A program made the translations under genes and the position numbers. From Flavobacteriaceae bacterium (GTDB lineage: Bacteria; Bacteroidota; Bacteroidia; Flavobacteriales; Flavobacteriaceae), in the NCBI GenBank assembly GCA_965658025.1, contig CBFHQL010000003.1:39149-103148 (forward strand): a stretch of DNA of 64,000 nt. Reading direction: 5' to 3'. This document shows, in pieces, positions 28,404-38,601 of this stretch; the stretch's first letter is position 1; the number at the start of each line of letters is the position of its first letter. Below the pieces are notes generated by a model. The model saw nothing but the letters and a program-made list of their open reading frames with translations, was not told the origin of the DNA and searched no databases.

Positions 28404-29251
28404 GAAATGTATACATCATAGGGACAGGACTCATTGGGGGTAGTTTTGCTTTGAATTTCAAAGCAATAAATCCCGATGCTACCATTCATGGCATTGACAA
28501 CAATAGTGAACATTTGTCCGAAGCTTTGGCTTTAGGGTTGATACATAAAAAGGCAACCCTTGAACATGTAGTAAACGCTGATCTTGTAGTTTTAGCGATC
28601 CCTGTCAATGCTACTTTGAAATTACTCCCCACCATATTGGATGTATTACCTTCAGGTGGAATAGTTGTAGATATGGGTTCTACAAAAGCAGCCATTTGTG
28701 AGAGCGTAGACACGCACCCCAAACGGGCACAGTTTTTGGCCAATCACCCAATAGCGGGGACAGAATTTTCTGGTCCAAAAGCTGCACATCAAAGTTTATT
28801 TTTTAATAAGACCAATATCATATGTGATCTTGAAAAAACAAATGAGAAAGCAGCAAAAGCAATGATAGAAATTTTTGAAGCGATGAGTATGAATATTCGT
28901 TACATGGATGCAACGGAGCACGACAAACATATCGCTTATGTTTCTCATCTATCGCACATTAGCTCTTTTATGCTTGGTAAAACAGTTATTGATAAAGAGA
29001 AAAATGAGCGCAATATTTTTGATATGGCAGGTAGTGGATTTGAATCAACCGTACGGCTTGCCAAAAGTTCACCTGAAATGTGGACCCCTATTTTTGAACA
29101 AAACAAAGCAAACGTCATTGAGACACTTAATGAATATATTCAAAACCTAAATCATTTTAAAACACTAATGGAGTTAGACGATTTTGAAGCTATTCGAAAT
29201 GAAATGAAAAACACAAATCACATAAAAACAATTTTAAAAGGAATTTCTTAA
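28400..29251 (+). CDS. tyrA: Prephenate dehydrogenase
   Basis: The Rossmann motif is IIGTGLIGGSFAL, and HPIAGTEFSG is present. I prefer the ATG at 28400, which overlaps the upstream TGA (ATGA), over the track start at 28355. Confidence 0.88.
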   Translation: MRNVYIIGTGLIGGSFALNFKAINPDATIHGIDNNSEHLSEALALGLIHKKATLEHVVNADLVVLAIPVNATLKLLPTILDVLPSGGIVVDMGSTKAAICESVDTHPKRAQFLANHPIAGTEFSGPKAAHQSLFFNKTNIICDLEKTNEKAAKAMIEIFEAMSMNIRYMDATEHDKHIAYVSHLSHISSFMLGKTVIDKEKNERNIFDMAGSGFESTVRLAKSSPEMWTPIFEQNKANVIETLNEYIQNLNHFKTLMELDDFEAIRNEMKNTNHIKTILKGIS

Positions 29252-29265
29252 AACCAACACACACT

Positions 29266-30348
29266 ATGGAAAATAGTAAACAATTAGGCACATGGTTAGA
29301 TGATTTAAAATTAAATCATCCGCTTGTTATAGCAGGGCCATGTAGTGCAGAAACAGAAGAACAAGTACTAAAAATCGCACATGAACTTAAAAATTCGGAT
29401 GTCAGTTATTTTCGCGCTGGTATTTGGAAACCGAGAACTCGTCCAGGGAATTTTGAAGGCGTTGGCGCTTTAGGGCTCAAGTGGCTTCAGAAAGTAAAAG
29501 CTGAAACAGGACTCAAAACAGCAACAGAAGTGGCCAACAGAGCACATGTCGAATTGGCGCTTGAGCACGATGTTGATTTACTTTGGATTGGCGCACGTTC
29601 AACAGTAAGCCCATTTATTGTTCAAGAAATTGCTGATGCTTTGGAAGGCACCGACAAAATCGTCTTGATAAAAAACCCTGTCAATCCAGATCTTGCACTA
29701 TGGCTAGGCGCTGTAGAGCGATTGGCTTCTGCTAATATCAAAAATTTGGGTGTAATCCATAGAGGATTTTCAACCTATGAAAAATCAAAATATAGAAATA
29801 ATCCAGAATGGCAATTGGCGATTGAGTTGCAAACAAGATTTCCAGACCTACCACTCATCAACGATCCGTCTCATATTACTGGAAAACGCGCTATGGTCTT
29901 TGATGTGTGCCAAACGGCATTGGACTTAAACTTTGATGGGTTAATGATTGAAACTCATTTTGATCCTGATAATGCCTGGAGTGATGCTGCACAACAAATC
30001 ACACCTGAAACCTTGATCCAATACACCAAAGATTTGAAAATTCGTAACGAAAGTACAACCGAAGCCGATTACACTACAGAGCTTCAAAACCTTCGTGCAC
30101 AAATTGATGTTGCAGACAATCAACTTTTAGAAACTTTAGGTAAACGTATGAAAGTAGCCGAGGCCATTGGCGCATTGAAAAAAGAAAAAAATGTGGCCGT
30201 ACTGCAAAGTAAACGCTGGAACGAAATTTTGGGTAAAATGGTTTTAGAAGGGGAACAACACAACCTCAGTGAAGAATTTATTCTGAAACTCTTTAAGGCG
30301 ATTCATCAAGAATCCATCAACCATCAAAAACAAATTTTGAAAGCATAA
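29266..30348 (+). CDS. Bifunctional 3-deoxy-7-phosphoheptulonate (DAHP) synthase type I-beta / chorismate mutase
   Basis: The N-terminal KDO8PS-like DAHP synthase region contains IAGPCSAE, FRAGIWKPRT and NDPSH. The C-terminal AroQ chorismate mutase domain spans LRAQIDVADNQLLETLGKRMKVAEAIG... Confidence 0.9.
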   Translation: MENSKQLGTWLDDLKLNHPLVIAGPCSAETEEQVLKIAHELKNSDVSYFRAGIWKPRTRPGNFEGVGALGLKWLQKVKAETGLKTATEVANRAHVELALEHDVDLLWIGARSTVSPFIVQEIADALEGTDKIVLIKNPVNPDLALWLGAVERLASANIKNLGVIHRGFSTYEKSKYRNNPEWQLAIELQTRFPDLPLINDPSHITGKRAMVFDVCQTALDLNFDGLMIETHFDPDNAWSDAAQQITPETLIQYTKDLKIRNESTTEADYTTELQNLRAQIDVADNQLLETLGKRMKVAEAIGALKKEKNVAVLQSKRWNEILGKMVLEGEQHNLSEEFILKLFKAIHQESINHQKQILKA

Positions 30349-30350
30349 CA

Positions 30351-30377
30351 AAAAAGGGTGCAAGTGCACCCTTTTTT
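30351..30377 (+). terminator. Intrinsic terminator ending the aromatic operon
   Basis: aaaaa, stem gggtgc (30356-61), loop aagt, stem gcaccc (30366-71), then tttttt. Confidence 0.75.
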
Positions 30378-30450
30378 ATTGCTCTAATTTGAACTTCAAT
30401 TCATAATAAAAAGAAATTTGTTTCTTTGTGTTGATAACGATGGTTTTAAT

Positions 30451-31401
30451 ATGACAGGAACGGTTTATAAATCTACAGGCAGTTGGTATACGGTCAAAGC
30501 TTTGGATGGTACTTTTTTTGAGTGCCGTATCAAAGGTAAATTCCGTATGAAAGGCATCAAAAGCACCAACCCTATCGCGGTTGGTGATGTGGTGGATTTT
30601 GACTTAGAAACAAGCAACAATAAAAAAACAGGTGTAATAAAAACCATTCACCCACGAAAAAATTACATTGTTCGAAAGTCCGTCAATCTATCCAAACAAA
30701 CCCATATTATTGCCAGTAATATTGACCAAGTTTTTTTGTTGATTACAATAGATAATCCGCCTACATTTACAAGTTTTATTGACCGTTTCTTGGTGACTGC
30801 TGAGGCCTATGGCATTACCTCTATTTTGCTGTTCAATAAAATGGATGTTTATGATGAAAACACAAAGAATATAGTTGAGGATTTAATACAGATTTATTCC
30901 AAAATAGGGTATGAATGTTTAAAAATTTCTGCCAAAAAAGGGGATAATCTAACGCCCATAAAAGCAAAAATGAAAAACAAAACTAGTATGTTCTCTGGGC
31001 ATTCTGGAATTGGAAAATCAACTTTGGTGAATGCTATCGAGCCAACGTTAAATTTGAAAACAAAAGCCATCTCAGAACTGCATCAACAAGGACAACACAC
31101 CACTACTTTTGCAGAAATGTTTGATTTGAGTTTTGATGCACGTATTATTGACACTCCTGGCATCAAAGGGTTTGGTGTGGTTGATATGGAATCTGCAGAA
31201 CTGGATCAATATTTTCCAGAGTTATTTAAATTAAAGGCCAACTGTAAATTCCACAATTGCCAACACCTACATGAACCAAAATGTGCAGTAAAACAAGCAG
31301 TTGAATCTGGTGAAATAGCGCCTTCTCGTTACGCATCTTATGTGCAAATTTTGGAAGGCGAGGACACCAACTATCGAACCGATTCATACACTACAGAATG
31401 A
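30451..31401 (+). CDS. rsgA: Ribosome small-subunit-dependent GTPase A
   Basis: There is an OB fold at the N-terminus. The circularly permuted GTPase has LFNKMD preceding GHSGIGKSTLVNA. The Zn knuckle is CKFHNCQHLHEPKCAV. The start is set at MTGTVYKSTG (30451). Confidence 0.92.
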   Translation: MTGTVYKSTGSWYTVKALDGTFFECRIKGKFRMKGIKSTNPIAVGDVVDFDLETSNNKKTGVIKTIHPRKNYIVRKSVNLSKQTHIIASNIDQVFLLITIDNPPTFTSFIDRFLVTAEAYGITSILLFNKMDVYDENTKNIVEDLIQIYSKIGYECLKISAKKGDNLTPIKAKMKNKTSMFSGHSGIGKSTLVNAIEPTLNLKTKAISELHQQGQHTTTFAEMFDLSFDARIIDTPGIKGFGVVDMESAELDQYFPELFKLKANCKFHNCQHLHEPKCAVKQAVESGEIAPSRYASYVQILEGEDTNYRTDSYTTE

Positions 31402-31850
31402 GAGCAGTTATTCAAAGAGTATCCAAAGCAAGTGTTGCTGTAGATGAAAAAATTGAAGCCAAAATCGCCTCTGGAGTATTGGTTTTTTTAGGCATTGTTC
31501 CAGAAGATTCCATAGACGATATTCAATGGTTGAGTAAAAAAATTGTAAACCTCAGAATATTTAGCGACAGTGCTGGCGTGATGAATATATCACTAAAAGA
31601 TAAAAAAGGAGAAGCTCTGGTCATTAGTCAATTTACATTACATGCACAAACCAAAAAAGGAAATCGACCGAGTTATATAAAAGCAGCACGACCGGAAGTT
31701 GCGTTGCCACTTTATGAGCAATTTATAAATCAATTGCAACACGATTTAGGTCAGGAGGTTCAATCTGGAGTTTTTGGTGCCGACATGAAGGTTTCACTTT
31801 TAAATGATGGCCCAGTAACTATAATTATAGACACCAAAAATCGTGAATAA
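31398..31850 (+). CDS. dtd: D-aminoacyl-tRNA deacylase
   Basis: MRAVIQRV, ISQFTLHA and an NDGPVT-like C-terminus are present, and the length is 150 aa. The start overlaps rsgA in an ATGA. Confidence 0.93.
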   Translation: MRAVIQRVSKASVAVDEKIEAKIASGVLVFLGIVPEDSIDDIQWLSKKIVNLRIFSDSAGVMNISLKDKKGEALVISQFTLHAQTKKGNRPSYIKAARPEVALPLYEQFINQLQHDLGQEVQSGVFGADMKVSLLNDGPVTIIIDTKNRE

Positions 31851-31929
31851 TTTTGCTTTATTTTTAGAGTATATTATTTGAAATGAATAGCGCATTAATT
31901 ACTTTAGTACAAGTTAAATAGAACGGATA

Positions 31930-32256
31930 ATGAACATTCAAAATGCACAAGAAACGGTCGATCAATGGATAAAAACTCATGGGGTTCGCTATTTCAATGA
32001 ATTGACCAATATGGCTCAGCTTACAGAAGAGGTTGGAGAGGTCGCACGCATTATTGCGCGCCGCTATGGTGAGCAAAGTGAAAAAGAAAGCGACAAAACA
32101 AAAGACTTAGGAGAAGAATTGGCTGATGTTCTTTTTGTTGTACTTTGTTTGGCCAATCAAACAGGAATAGACCTTCAGGCGGCTTTTGACAAGAAATTAG
32201 ATCTCAAAACTAAGCGAGATCATGAGCGACACCATGCCAATAAAAAATTGAAATAG
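31930..32256 (+). CDS. MazG-like nucleotide pyrophosphohydrolase family protein
   Basis: The single MazG domain carries its EExxE/ExxD metal motifs as LTEEVGEVARII and LGEELADVLFVVLCLAN. Confidence 0.8.
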   Translation: MNIQNAQETVDQWIKTHGVRYFNELTNMAQLTEEVGEVARIIARRYGEQSEKESDKTKDLGEELADVLFVVLCLANQTGIDLQAAFDKKLDLKTKRDHERHHANKKLK

Positions 32257-32258
32257 CA

Positions 32259-33479
32259 GTGCAAATTTTTTTAAACAAATCAAAAATAAGTGCTTTTTCT
32301 GAGCTTAAGATTACAGGTTCAAAAAGCGAATCAAATAGAGTTTTACTGTTGCAAGCACTTTATAAGGGCCTGACAATCAACAATTTGTCAAATTCAGATG
32401 ATAGTCGGTTGATGCAGAAAGCAATTGCTTCTGAGGATACCACAGTAGATATTCATCACGCAGGAACAGCTATGCGTTTTCTTACAGCGTATTTCGCTAC
32501 ACGAGTTGGGAAAACGACAACATTGACGGGATCTGAACGAATGCAAGAACGTCCAATCAAAATATTGGTGGATGCGTTAAATTCTTTAGGAGCTTCCATA
32601 ACATATACTAAAAAGGAAGGGTATCCTCCACTTTTGATTGAAGGTAAAACACTTTCTGAAAGCCTAGTACATTTGAAAGCCAACATTAGTAGTCAATACA
32701 TCTCTGCATTATTGCTTGTAGCGCCAACGCTAAAACATGGATTGACTCTACATTTGGAGGGTGAAATTACATCCACACCATACATCAACATGACCCTCTC
32801 ATTGCTCAATGATTTGGGTGTGCAATCAACTTTTGAATCCAACACCATCACTGTACAACCTTTTGTTGGAAATGTCACTAAAACATTTACAGTAGAATCT
32901 GACTGGTCCTCAGCATCATATTTCTATAGTATAGTGGCTTTGAGTCCTGTAGGAACACAAATTAACATCTCGGCCTATAAGCCAAATAGTCTTCAAGGTG
33001 ATGCTGTTTTAAAAGATATTTATCAAAAATTAGGGGTAGAAAGTACTTTCGAAGGCACCGTATTATCTCTAAAAAAAGTAGATACACCTGAGATAAAAAA
33101 ACTGACTTTAGATTTGGCCAATGCGCCAGATATTGCGCAAACCATTGCTGTGACGTGTTTGGGCCTTCAAATAGATTGTGATTTGACAGGACTTCACACC
33201 TTGAAAATCAAAGAAACCGATCGATTGGTGGCGCTTCAAAATGAAATAAAAAAACTCGGAACGTCAATTCAAATTACAAATGATAGTTTACATTTAAAAT
33301 CTCCGTCTACACTACGTTCTGGAGTACACATCGCAACGTATAACGACCACCGTATGGCCATGGCATTTGCACCACTTGCACTAAAAACTACGCTTTGTAT
33401 TGACGACGCCGAAGTCGTTTCTAAATCTTATCCAGACTTCTGGGAAGACCTCTCAACGCTTGGCTTTGAAATGAATTAA
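32259..33479 (+). CDS. aroA: 3-phosphoshikimate 1-carboxyvinyltransferase (EPSP synthase)
   Basis: KSESNRVLLL, HAGTAMRFLTA, ERPI, SSQYISALLL and DHRMAMAFAPLAL are present. The apparent start is GTG at 32259. Confidence 0.92.
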   Translation: MQIFLNKSKISAFSELKITGSKSESNRVLLLQALYKGLTINNLSNSDDSRLMQKAIASEDTTVDIHHAGTAMRFLTAYFATRVGKTTTLTGSERMQERPIKILVDALNSLGASITYTKKEGYPPLLIEGKTLSESLVHLKANISSQYISALLLVAPTLKHGLTLHLEGEITSTPYINMTLSLLNDLGVQSTFESNTITVQPFVGNVTKTFTVESDWSSASYFYSIVALSPVGTQINISAYKPNSLQGDAVLKDIYQKLGVESTFEGTVLSLKKVDTPEIKKLTLDLANAPDIAQTIAVTCLGLQIDCDLTGLHTLKIKETDRLVALQNEIKKLGTSIQITNDSLHLKSPSTLRSGVHIATYNDHRMAMAFAPLALKTTLCIDDAEVVSKSYPDFWEDLSTLGFEMN

Positions 33480-33501
33480 ATAAAAATAAACAACCAATTA
33501 C

Positions 33502-33533
33502 TTGACAACCCCTATTTCGGGATTGTATATTTG
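33502..33533 (+). promoter_or_regulatory. Bacteroidetes-type promoter upstream of queA
   Basis: TTG (33502-04), a 21-nt spacer, then TATATTTG (33526-33). This lies 24 nt upstream of the queA ATG. Confidence 0.45.
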
Positions 33534-33557
33534 CAACTTGTAAAAAACAAACAATAA

Positions 33558-34607
33558 ATGAAATTATCCCACTTTAATTTTGAATTGCCAGACAATCTCT
33601 TGGCAAAATATCCATCTGAACATAGAGATGAAGCACGTTTAATGGTATTGAACCGTGAAAAACAAACCATCGAACACAAATATTTTAAAGATCTCATCGA
33701 TTATTTTGATGAAGAAGATGTGATGATTTTGAACAATACTAAGGTATTTCCAGCACGTCTTTTTGGCAACAAAGAAAAGACAGGAGCGCGCATCGAAGTA
33801 TTTTTACTTAGAGAACTCAATGCGGAACAACGATTGTGGGATGTTTTGGTAGATCCAGCACGTAAAATTAGAATTGGGAATAAGTTATACTTTGGGGATG
33901 ACGAGAGTCTGGTCGCCGAGGTTATAGACAACACTACTTCCAGAGGCCGAACACTTCGTTTTTTGTTTGATGGATCCTATGAAGAATTCAGAATGAAGCT
34001 CAATGAGCTTGGACAAACTCCACTCCCAAAATATATTGGGCGAGAAGTTGAACCCGAAGATGAAGAGCGCTACCAAACTATTTATGCCAAAAATGAAGGT
34101 GCTGTTGCGGCACCAACGGCGGGCTTACACTTTTCGAAACACCTTTTGAAGCGTTTAGAAATCAAAGGAATCAATTTTGCAGAAGTTACACTTCATGTCG
34201 GTTTGGGAACTTTTAACCCCGTTGAAGTAGAGGATCTTTCCAAGCATAAAATGGATAGCGAAGAAATCATCATTGATGAATCAGCAACACAAACCATCAA
34301 CAAAGCTCTAAGTGAAAAACGTCGAATTTGTGCGGTTGGTACCACAGTTATGCGCTCCATCGAAAGCTCTGTTTCGTCGAGCGGAACCTTAAATGAATTT
34401 TCGGGTTGGACCAACAAATTTATTTTTCCTCCTTACGATTTTTCAATTGCAAACTGTATGATCACAAATTTTCATACGCCAAAATCTACACTGCTTATGA
34501 TGACTTCGGCTTTCGGAGGATACGATTTCATAATGAAGGCCTATGAAGAAGCAGTAAAAGAAGAATATAAATTCTACAGCTATGGCGATGCCATGCTAAT
34601 CTTATAA
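33558..34607 (+). CDS. queA: S-adenosylmethionine:tRNA ribosyltransferase-isomerase
   Basis: [41 protein letters not shown] and [11 protein letters not shown] are present. Confidence 0.95.
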   Translation: MKLSHFNFELPDNLLAKYPSEHRDEARLMVLNREKQTIEHKYFKDLIDYFDEEDVMILNNTKVFPARLFGNKEKTGARIEVFLLRELNAEQRLWDVLVDPARKIRIGNKLYFGDDESLVAEVIDNTTSRGRTLRFLFDGSYEEFRMKLNELGQTPLPKYIGREVEPEDEERYQTIYAKNEGAVAAPTAGLHFSKHLLKRLEIKGINFAEVTLHVGLGTFNPVEVEDLSKHKMDSEEIIIDESATQTINKALSEKRRICAVGTTVMRSIESSVSSSGTLNEFSGWTNKFIFPPYDFSIANCMITNFHTPKSTLLMMTSAFGGYDFIMKAYEEAVKEEYKFYSYGDAMLIL

Positions 34608-34613
34608 CCACAC

Positions 34614-34637
34614 AAAGCCTCTTATGAGGCTTTTTTT
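34614..34637 (+). terminator. Intrinsic terminator after queA
   Basis: aaagcctc (34614-21), loop ttat, gaggcttt (34626-33), with a T-run extending to 34637. Confidence 0.75.
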
Positions 34638-34654
34638 AACAAAAATACGTTCAA

Positions 34655-35695
34655 TTGAGCACTCCAAAAAAAGATATTCGTGCATTGTCAAAAGAGCAAC
34701 TCATGGCTTTTTTCTCTGAACACGGTGAACAAGCATTTCGAGGCAAGCAAGTGTATGAATGGCTTTGGAAAAAAGGGGTACATCAATTTGAGGATATGAC
34801 TAACCTCTCCAAAGAAACGCGTCAATTCTTGGAAGACTCATTCAGTATCAATCATATAGAAGTTGACACCATGCAACGCAGTAAAGACGGCACCCTGAAA
34901 AATGCTGTTCGACTGCATGATGGTTTGATTGTTGAATCTGTTTTGATTCCAACCTCAAAACGCACTACGGCTTGTGTATCCTCACAAGTTGGCTGTAGCC
35001 TGGATTGCAAGTTTTGTGCAACCTCTCGCTTAAAACGTATGCGTAATTTGAATCCTGATGAAATTTATGATCAGGTGGTGGCTATAGACAAACAAAGTCG
35101 ACTTTATCACAACAAAAAGCTCACGAATATTGTATTTATGGGTATGGGTGAACCCTTGATGAATTACAATAATGTGTTGAAGGCAATCGATAAAATTACG
35201 TCTGATGAAGGTCTAGGGATGTCGCCCAAACGTATTGTGGTTTCAACTTCAGGAATTCCGAAAATGATTAAAAAAATGGCTGAGGATGAGGTTAAATTCA
35301 ATTTGGCCGTCTCTCTGCATTCGGCCATTGATGAAGTTCGAACTCAAATTATGCCTTTTAATGAAACATTTCCTTTAAAAGATTTAAGAGAAGCGCTACA
35401 GTTTTGGTATGCCAAAACGAAACGCAGAATTACGTACGAATATGTAGTTTGGGAAGGCATCAACGACACCACAAAAGACATTTTGGCCTTGATAGAGTTC
35501 TGTAAATTTGCTCCAAGCAAAGTGAATCTTATAGAATACAACCCCATAGATGATGGCGTTTTTCAACAAGCCAAATCTGAGGTAATAGAAAAATACGTTT
35601 CTATGTTAGAGGCCAAAAATATAACGGTTACCGTTCGCCGTTCGCGTGGAAAGGATATCGACGCTGCTTGTGGTCAATTGGCAAATAAAGCATAA
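34655..35695 (+). CDS. rlmN: 23S rRNA/tRNA (adenine-C2)-methyltransferase, radical SAM
   Basis: The radical-SAM cluster is CSLDCKFCAT, with FMGMGEPL and the C-terminal catalytic Cys region DIDAACGQL. The apparent start is TTG at 34655. Confidence 0.93.
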   Translation: MSTPKKDIRALSKEQLMAFFSEHGEQAFRGKQVYEWLWKKGVHQFEDMTNLSKETRQFLEDSFSINHIEVDTMQRSKDGTLKNAVRLHDGLIVESVLIPTSKRTTACVSSQVGCSLDCKFCATSRLKRMRNLNPDEIYDQVVAIDKQSRLYHNKKLTNIVFMGMGEPLMNYNNVLKAIDKITSDEGLGMSPKRIVVSTSGIPKMIKKMAEDEVKFNLAVSLHSAIDEVRTQIMPFNETFPLKDLREALQFWYAKTKRRITYEYVVWEGINDTTKDILALIEFCKFAPSKVNLIEYNPIDDGVFQQAKSEVIEKYVSMLEAKNITVTVRRSRGKDIDAACGQLANKA

Positions 35696-35708
35696 TTTTA
35701 AAATTACC

Positions 35709-36746
35709 TTACGGCGCAGGATTAGGAATTTTTGCGTGAATTTCGTTGATTCTTGCTAATGTGTCCTCACACAATTTTGTCTCAATACTGTTGATGTTTT
35801 CTTCTAATTGTTCCAATGTGGTTGCACCAATAATATTACTTGTTACAAAAGGCCGCTGATTCACAAATGCCAAAGAAAGTGTTGTGAGCGTCATCCCTAA
35901 ATCTTCAGCTAAAGCTAAATACGCTTTTGTTGCTTCAGTAGATTGCGCACTACTGTAACGCGCAAATCGAGGAAATAGTTTCAACCGAGCATTATCAGCA
36001 GCACTCCCTCTAATGTATTTCCCCGATAGGACACCAAATGCCAATGGCGAATAGGCCAGTAATCCCATATGTTCACGGAGTGAAATCTCAGCCAAATCCC
36101 CTTCAAAAACTCTATTTAGTAATGAATATGCATTTTGAATGGTACTGATTTTTGGTAAATTATCTTTCCGAACTTCTTCAATATAACGCATACTGCCCCA
36201 TCCTTTTTCGTTGGAAAGGCCATAAGCTCTGATTTTCCCGGCGTTCACCAATTTATTTAATTCGTGAAGAACTTCATTAAAATTATCTGACCAAGGATCA
36301 TTTGGACTGGGTTTAAAATCTCTAACCCCAAAAGTGTTGGTATGTCTTTCGGGCCAATGCAATTGGTACAAATCGATATAATCTGTTTGTAATCTTTTGA
36401 GTTCCAGCTCAATAGCGTCTTGAATAGAGGTTCCGCCGAAACCTGTTTTTCGGATGTGTGCTGTGTAGTCTCCTGGTCCAGCAACTTTACTTGCAATAAT
36501 GACTTGATCTCTTGTTTTTCGCGCATTTAACCAATTGCCAATAATTTCACTTGTACGTCCTTGCGTTTCTTTCGAGGCGGGAACAGGATAAAGTTCGGCA
36601 GTATCTATAAAGTTTATACCACGATCAAGTGCATAATCCATTTGTGCAAACCCCTCATCTTCAGTGTTTTGATTGCCCCATGTCATTGTGCCAAGGCAAA
36701 TTTTACTTACTTTAATATCGGTGTTTGGTAAATTGGTATATTCCAT
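35709..36746 (-). CDS. NADP(H)-dependent aldo-keto reductase (Tas-like)
   Basis: The AKR fold is indicated by LGTMTWG, GINFIDTAELYP, IDLYQLHWP and YSPLAFGVLSGKY. Confidence 0.85.
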   Translation of the reverse strand: MEYTNLPNTDIKVSKICLGTMTWGNQNTEDEGFAQMDYALDRGINFIDTAELYPVPASKETQGRTSEIIGNWLNARKTRDQVIIASKVAGPGDYTAHIRKTGFGGTSIQDAIELELKRLQTDYIDLYQLHWPERHTNTFGVRDFKPSPNDPWSDNFNEVLHELNKLVNAGKIRAYGLSNEKGWGSMRYIEEVRKDNLPKISTIQNAYSLLNRVFEGDLAEISLREHMGLLAYSPLAFGVLSGKYIRGSAADNARLKLFPRFARYSSAQSTEATKAYLALAEDLGMTLTTLSLAFVNQRPFVTSNIIGATTLEQLEENINSIETKLCEDTLARINEIHAKIPNPAP

Positions 36747-37705
36747 TAGTTACTGTTCAAAAGTTTTGAAATCTCGTCAAGTTTTGGGGTCAAAACGACT
36801 TCGATTCGTCTATTTTTTGCTTTTCCTTCGCTTGTTTCGTTTGTAGCTATTGGCGCGTATTCACTACGGCCAGCTGCAGTTAAATTTTCTAGGTTGATGT
36901 TTTTATTTTCACTCAAAATTGCAATAATTGCAGTAGCTCGTTTGGTAGATAAGTCCCAGTTGTTTGCCACTTGCCCTCCTGAAGAAAAAGGAACATTATC
37001 GGTATGTCCTTCAATTAAAACAGCGATGTCTGGATTTTTGCCAAGCACATTACCGAGTTGTCGAATAGCTTTTTTCCCTTCTGCACCTACAGCCCAAGAT
37101 CCTGATCTAAAAAGCAATTTATTTTCCATAGAAACATACACCTTTCCATCGCGTTGTTCTATGGTTAATCCTTTACCTTCAAAAGCAGTTAGTGCATTGG
37201 ATATAGCATTTTTTAAATCGGTCATGGCTTGGTCTTTTGCAGAAATCAAAGCTTCAAGTTCTGCAATGCGTTGGGCACGTTCTTGCATATCTGCTTCGAG
37301 GCGCATCAAGCGGTCATTCTCCGCAGCAAGTGCTTGTTCTTTGGCTTCGAGTTGTGCCAAAAGCTCTCTGTTTTTTTGGGCATTTTCTTCAATCGATTTT
37401 GAACTGTTTTGTTCAAGTGCAGTATAGGCCGCGTCCAAATTATCGTATTTTTTTCGTAGAGCATCGACTTCTTGTGCTAATTGATTGCGCTCCGATTGAA
37501 CTTCATCAAATGAAGCTTGTAGTGTGTTGAGTTGTTGTTCTAATTCTTTTTTCTGGAGAATTTCAAGGTCATTATTTCCGGATAGCTCATCATAATCCGA
37601 TTTAAGAGTGTTGTATTTGCCTTCAAGTTCTTTATAAAGTTTAGAGGACACACAAGAGGTGGTTGTTAGTGTAATTACAGATAAAAAAATGAAACGTTTA
37701 AGCAT
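36746..37705 (-). CDS. OmpA-family lipoprotein with long coiled-coil N-terminal region
   Basis: The lipobox is LTTTSCVSS. About 150 aa of heptad-like Q/E/A/L-rich sequence follow. The C-terminal OmpA domain contains GHTDNVP and NRRIEVV. The stop shares 1 nt with the AKR start. Confidence 0.85.
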   Translation of the reverse strand: MLKRFIFLSVITLTTTSCVSSKLYKELEGKYNTLKSDYDELSGNNDLEILQKKELEQQLNTLQASFDEVQSERNQLAQEVDALRKKYDNLDAAYTALEQNSSKSIEENAQKNRELLAQLEAKEQALAAENDRLMRLEADMQERAQRIAELEALISAKDQAMTDLKNAISNALTAFEGKGLTIEQRDGKVYVSMENKLLFRSGSWAVGAEGKKAIRQLGNVLGKNPDIAVLIEGHTDNVPFSSGGQVANNWDLSTKRATAIIAILSENKNINLENLTAAGRSEYAPIATNETSEGKAKNRRIEVVLTPKLDEISKLLNSN

Positions 37706-37716
37706 AATTTTTATTT

Positions 37717-38481
37717 TTAGTGATTTAATTCTAATAATACAGGGCAGTGGTCGCTGTGCACTGCTTCTGAGAGTATAACGGCTCTTTTAATTTTTTCTTT
37801 TAAAGGACTAGCAACCAAAGTATAATCCAAGCGCCACCCTTTGTTGTTTGCGCGTGCATTGGCTCTGTAACTCCACCAGCTGTACTGGTGCGGTGCTTTG
37901 TTCAATTCACGAAAAGCATCAACAAAACCGCTGTTAAGAAAACTGGTCATCCAAGCACGTTCTTCAGGTAAAAATCCTGAAACATTTTTGTTGCGTACCG
38001 GGTCGTGAATATCGATGGGTTCATGGCAAATGTTGTAATCGCCACAAATCACAAGATTTGGCACTTCTTTTTTTAATTCATCAATATAGTTTTTCAACAA
38101 ATCCATATATTCGAATTTGTGTGCCAAACGCTGGATATTGGTGCCAGACGGCAAATACATACTCATTACAGAAACATCTGCAAAGTCTGCACGAAGGTTT
38201 CGTCCTTCAAAATCCATAGATTCAATTCCAGTGCCAAAAACTACATTTTTTGGTTCTGTTTTTGATAAAATTGCAACGCCACTATATCCTTTTTTTTGGG
38301 CACTGAACCAGTAGTTATACGCATATCCTGCCGCTTCAAAAAGACTCAAGTCCAACTGGTCTTCTTGTGCTTTTATTTCTTGCAAACAAACCACATCTGG
38401 ATTGGCGGCAACGAGCCACTCCAAAAATCCTTTTTTTAGTGCTGCTCGGATTCCATTCACATTGTAAGAAACTATTTTCAT
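37717..38481 (-). CDS. xthA: Exodeoxyribonuclease III
   Basis: MKIVSYNVNGIRA, CLQEIK, GDYNICH and SDHCPV are present. Confidence 0.94.
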   Translation of the reverse strand: MKIVSYNVNGIRAALKKGFLEWLVAANPDVVCLQEIKAQEDQLDLSLFEAAGYAYNYWFSAQKKGYSGVAILSKTEPKNVVFGTGIESMDFEGRNLRADFADVSVMSMYLPSGTNIQRLAHKFEYMDLLKNYIDELKKEVPNLVICGDYNICHEPIDIHDPVRNKNVSGFLPEERAWMTSFLNSGFVDAFRELNKAPHQYSWWSYRANARANNKGWRLDYTLVASPLKEKIKRAVILSEAVHSDHCPVLLELNH

Positions 38482-38601
38482 AAAACGAACCGATATTTTA
38501 GCTAAAATAATTAAAGCCTTACTTTTACACTAAATAATTTTTAGAGTTTTATAGAAAAGTATCAACAAAATATTTTCTTCTTTTTTTAGTTAAAACTAAA
38601 C

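Noticed and set aside
36894-37427. A 177-aa plus-strand ORF, together with 37237..37530, lying antisense to the OmpA-family gene.
   Set aside because: It lies entirely opposite the coiled-coil region, whose biased repetitive Q/E/A/L codon usage keeps the reverse frames open. The product is low-complexity S/A/C-rich and has no start context or motif. It is a shadow ORF.
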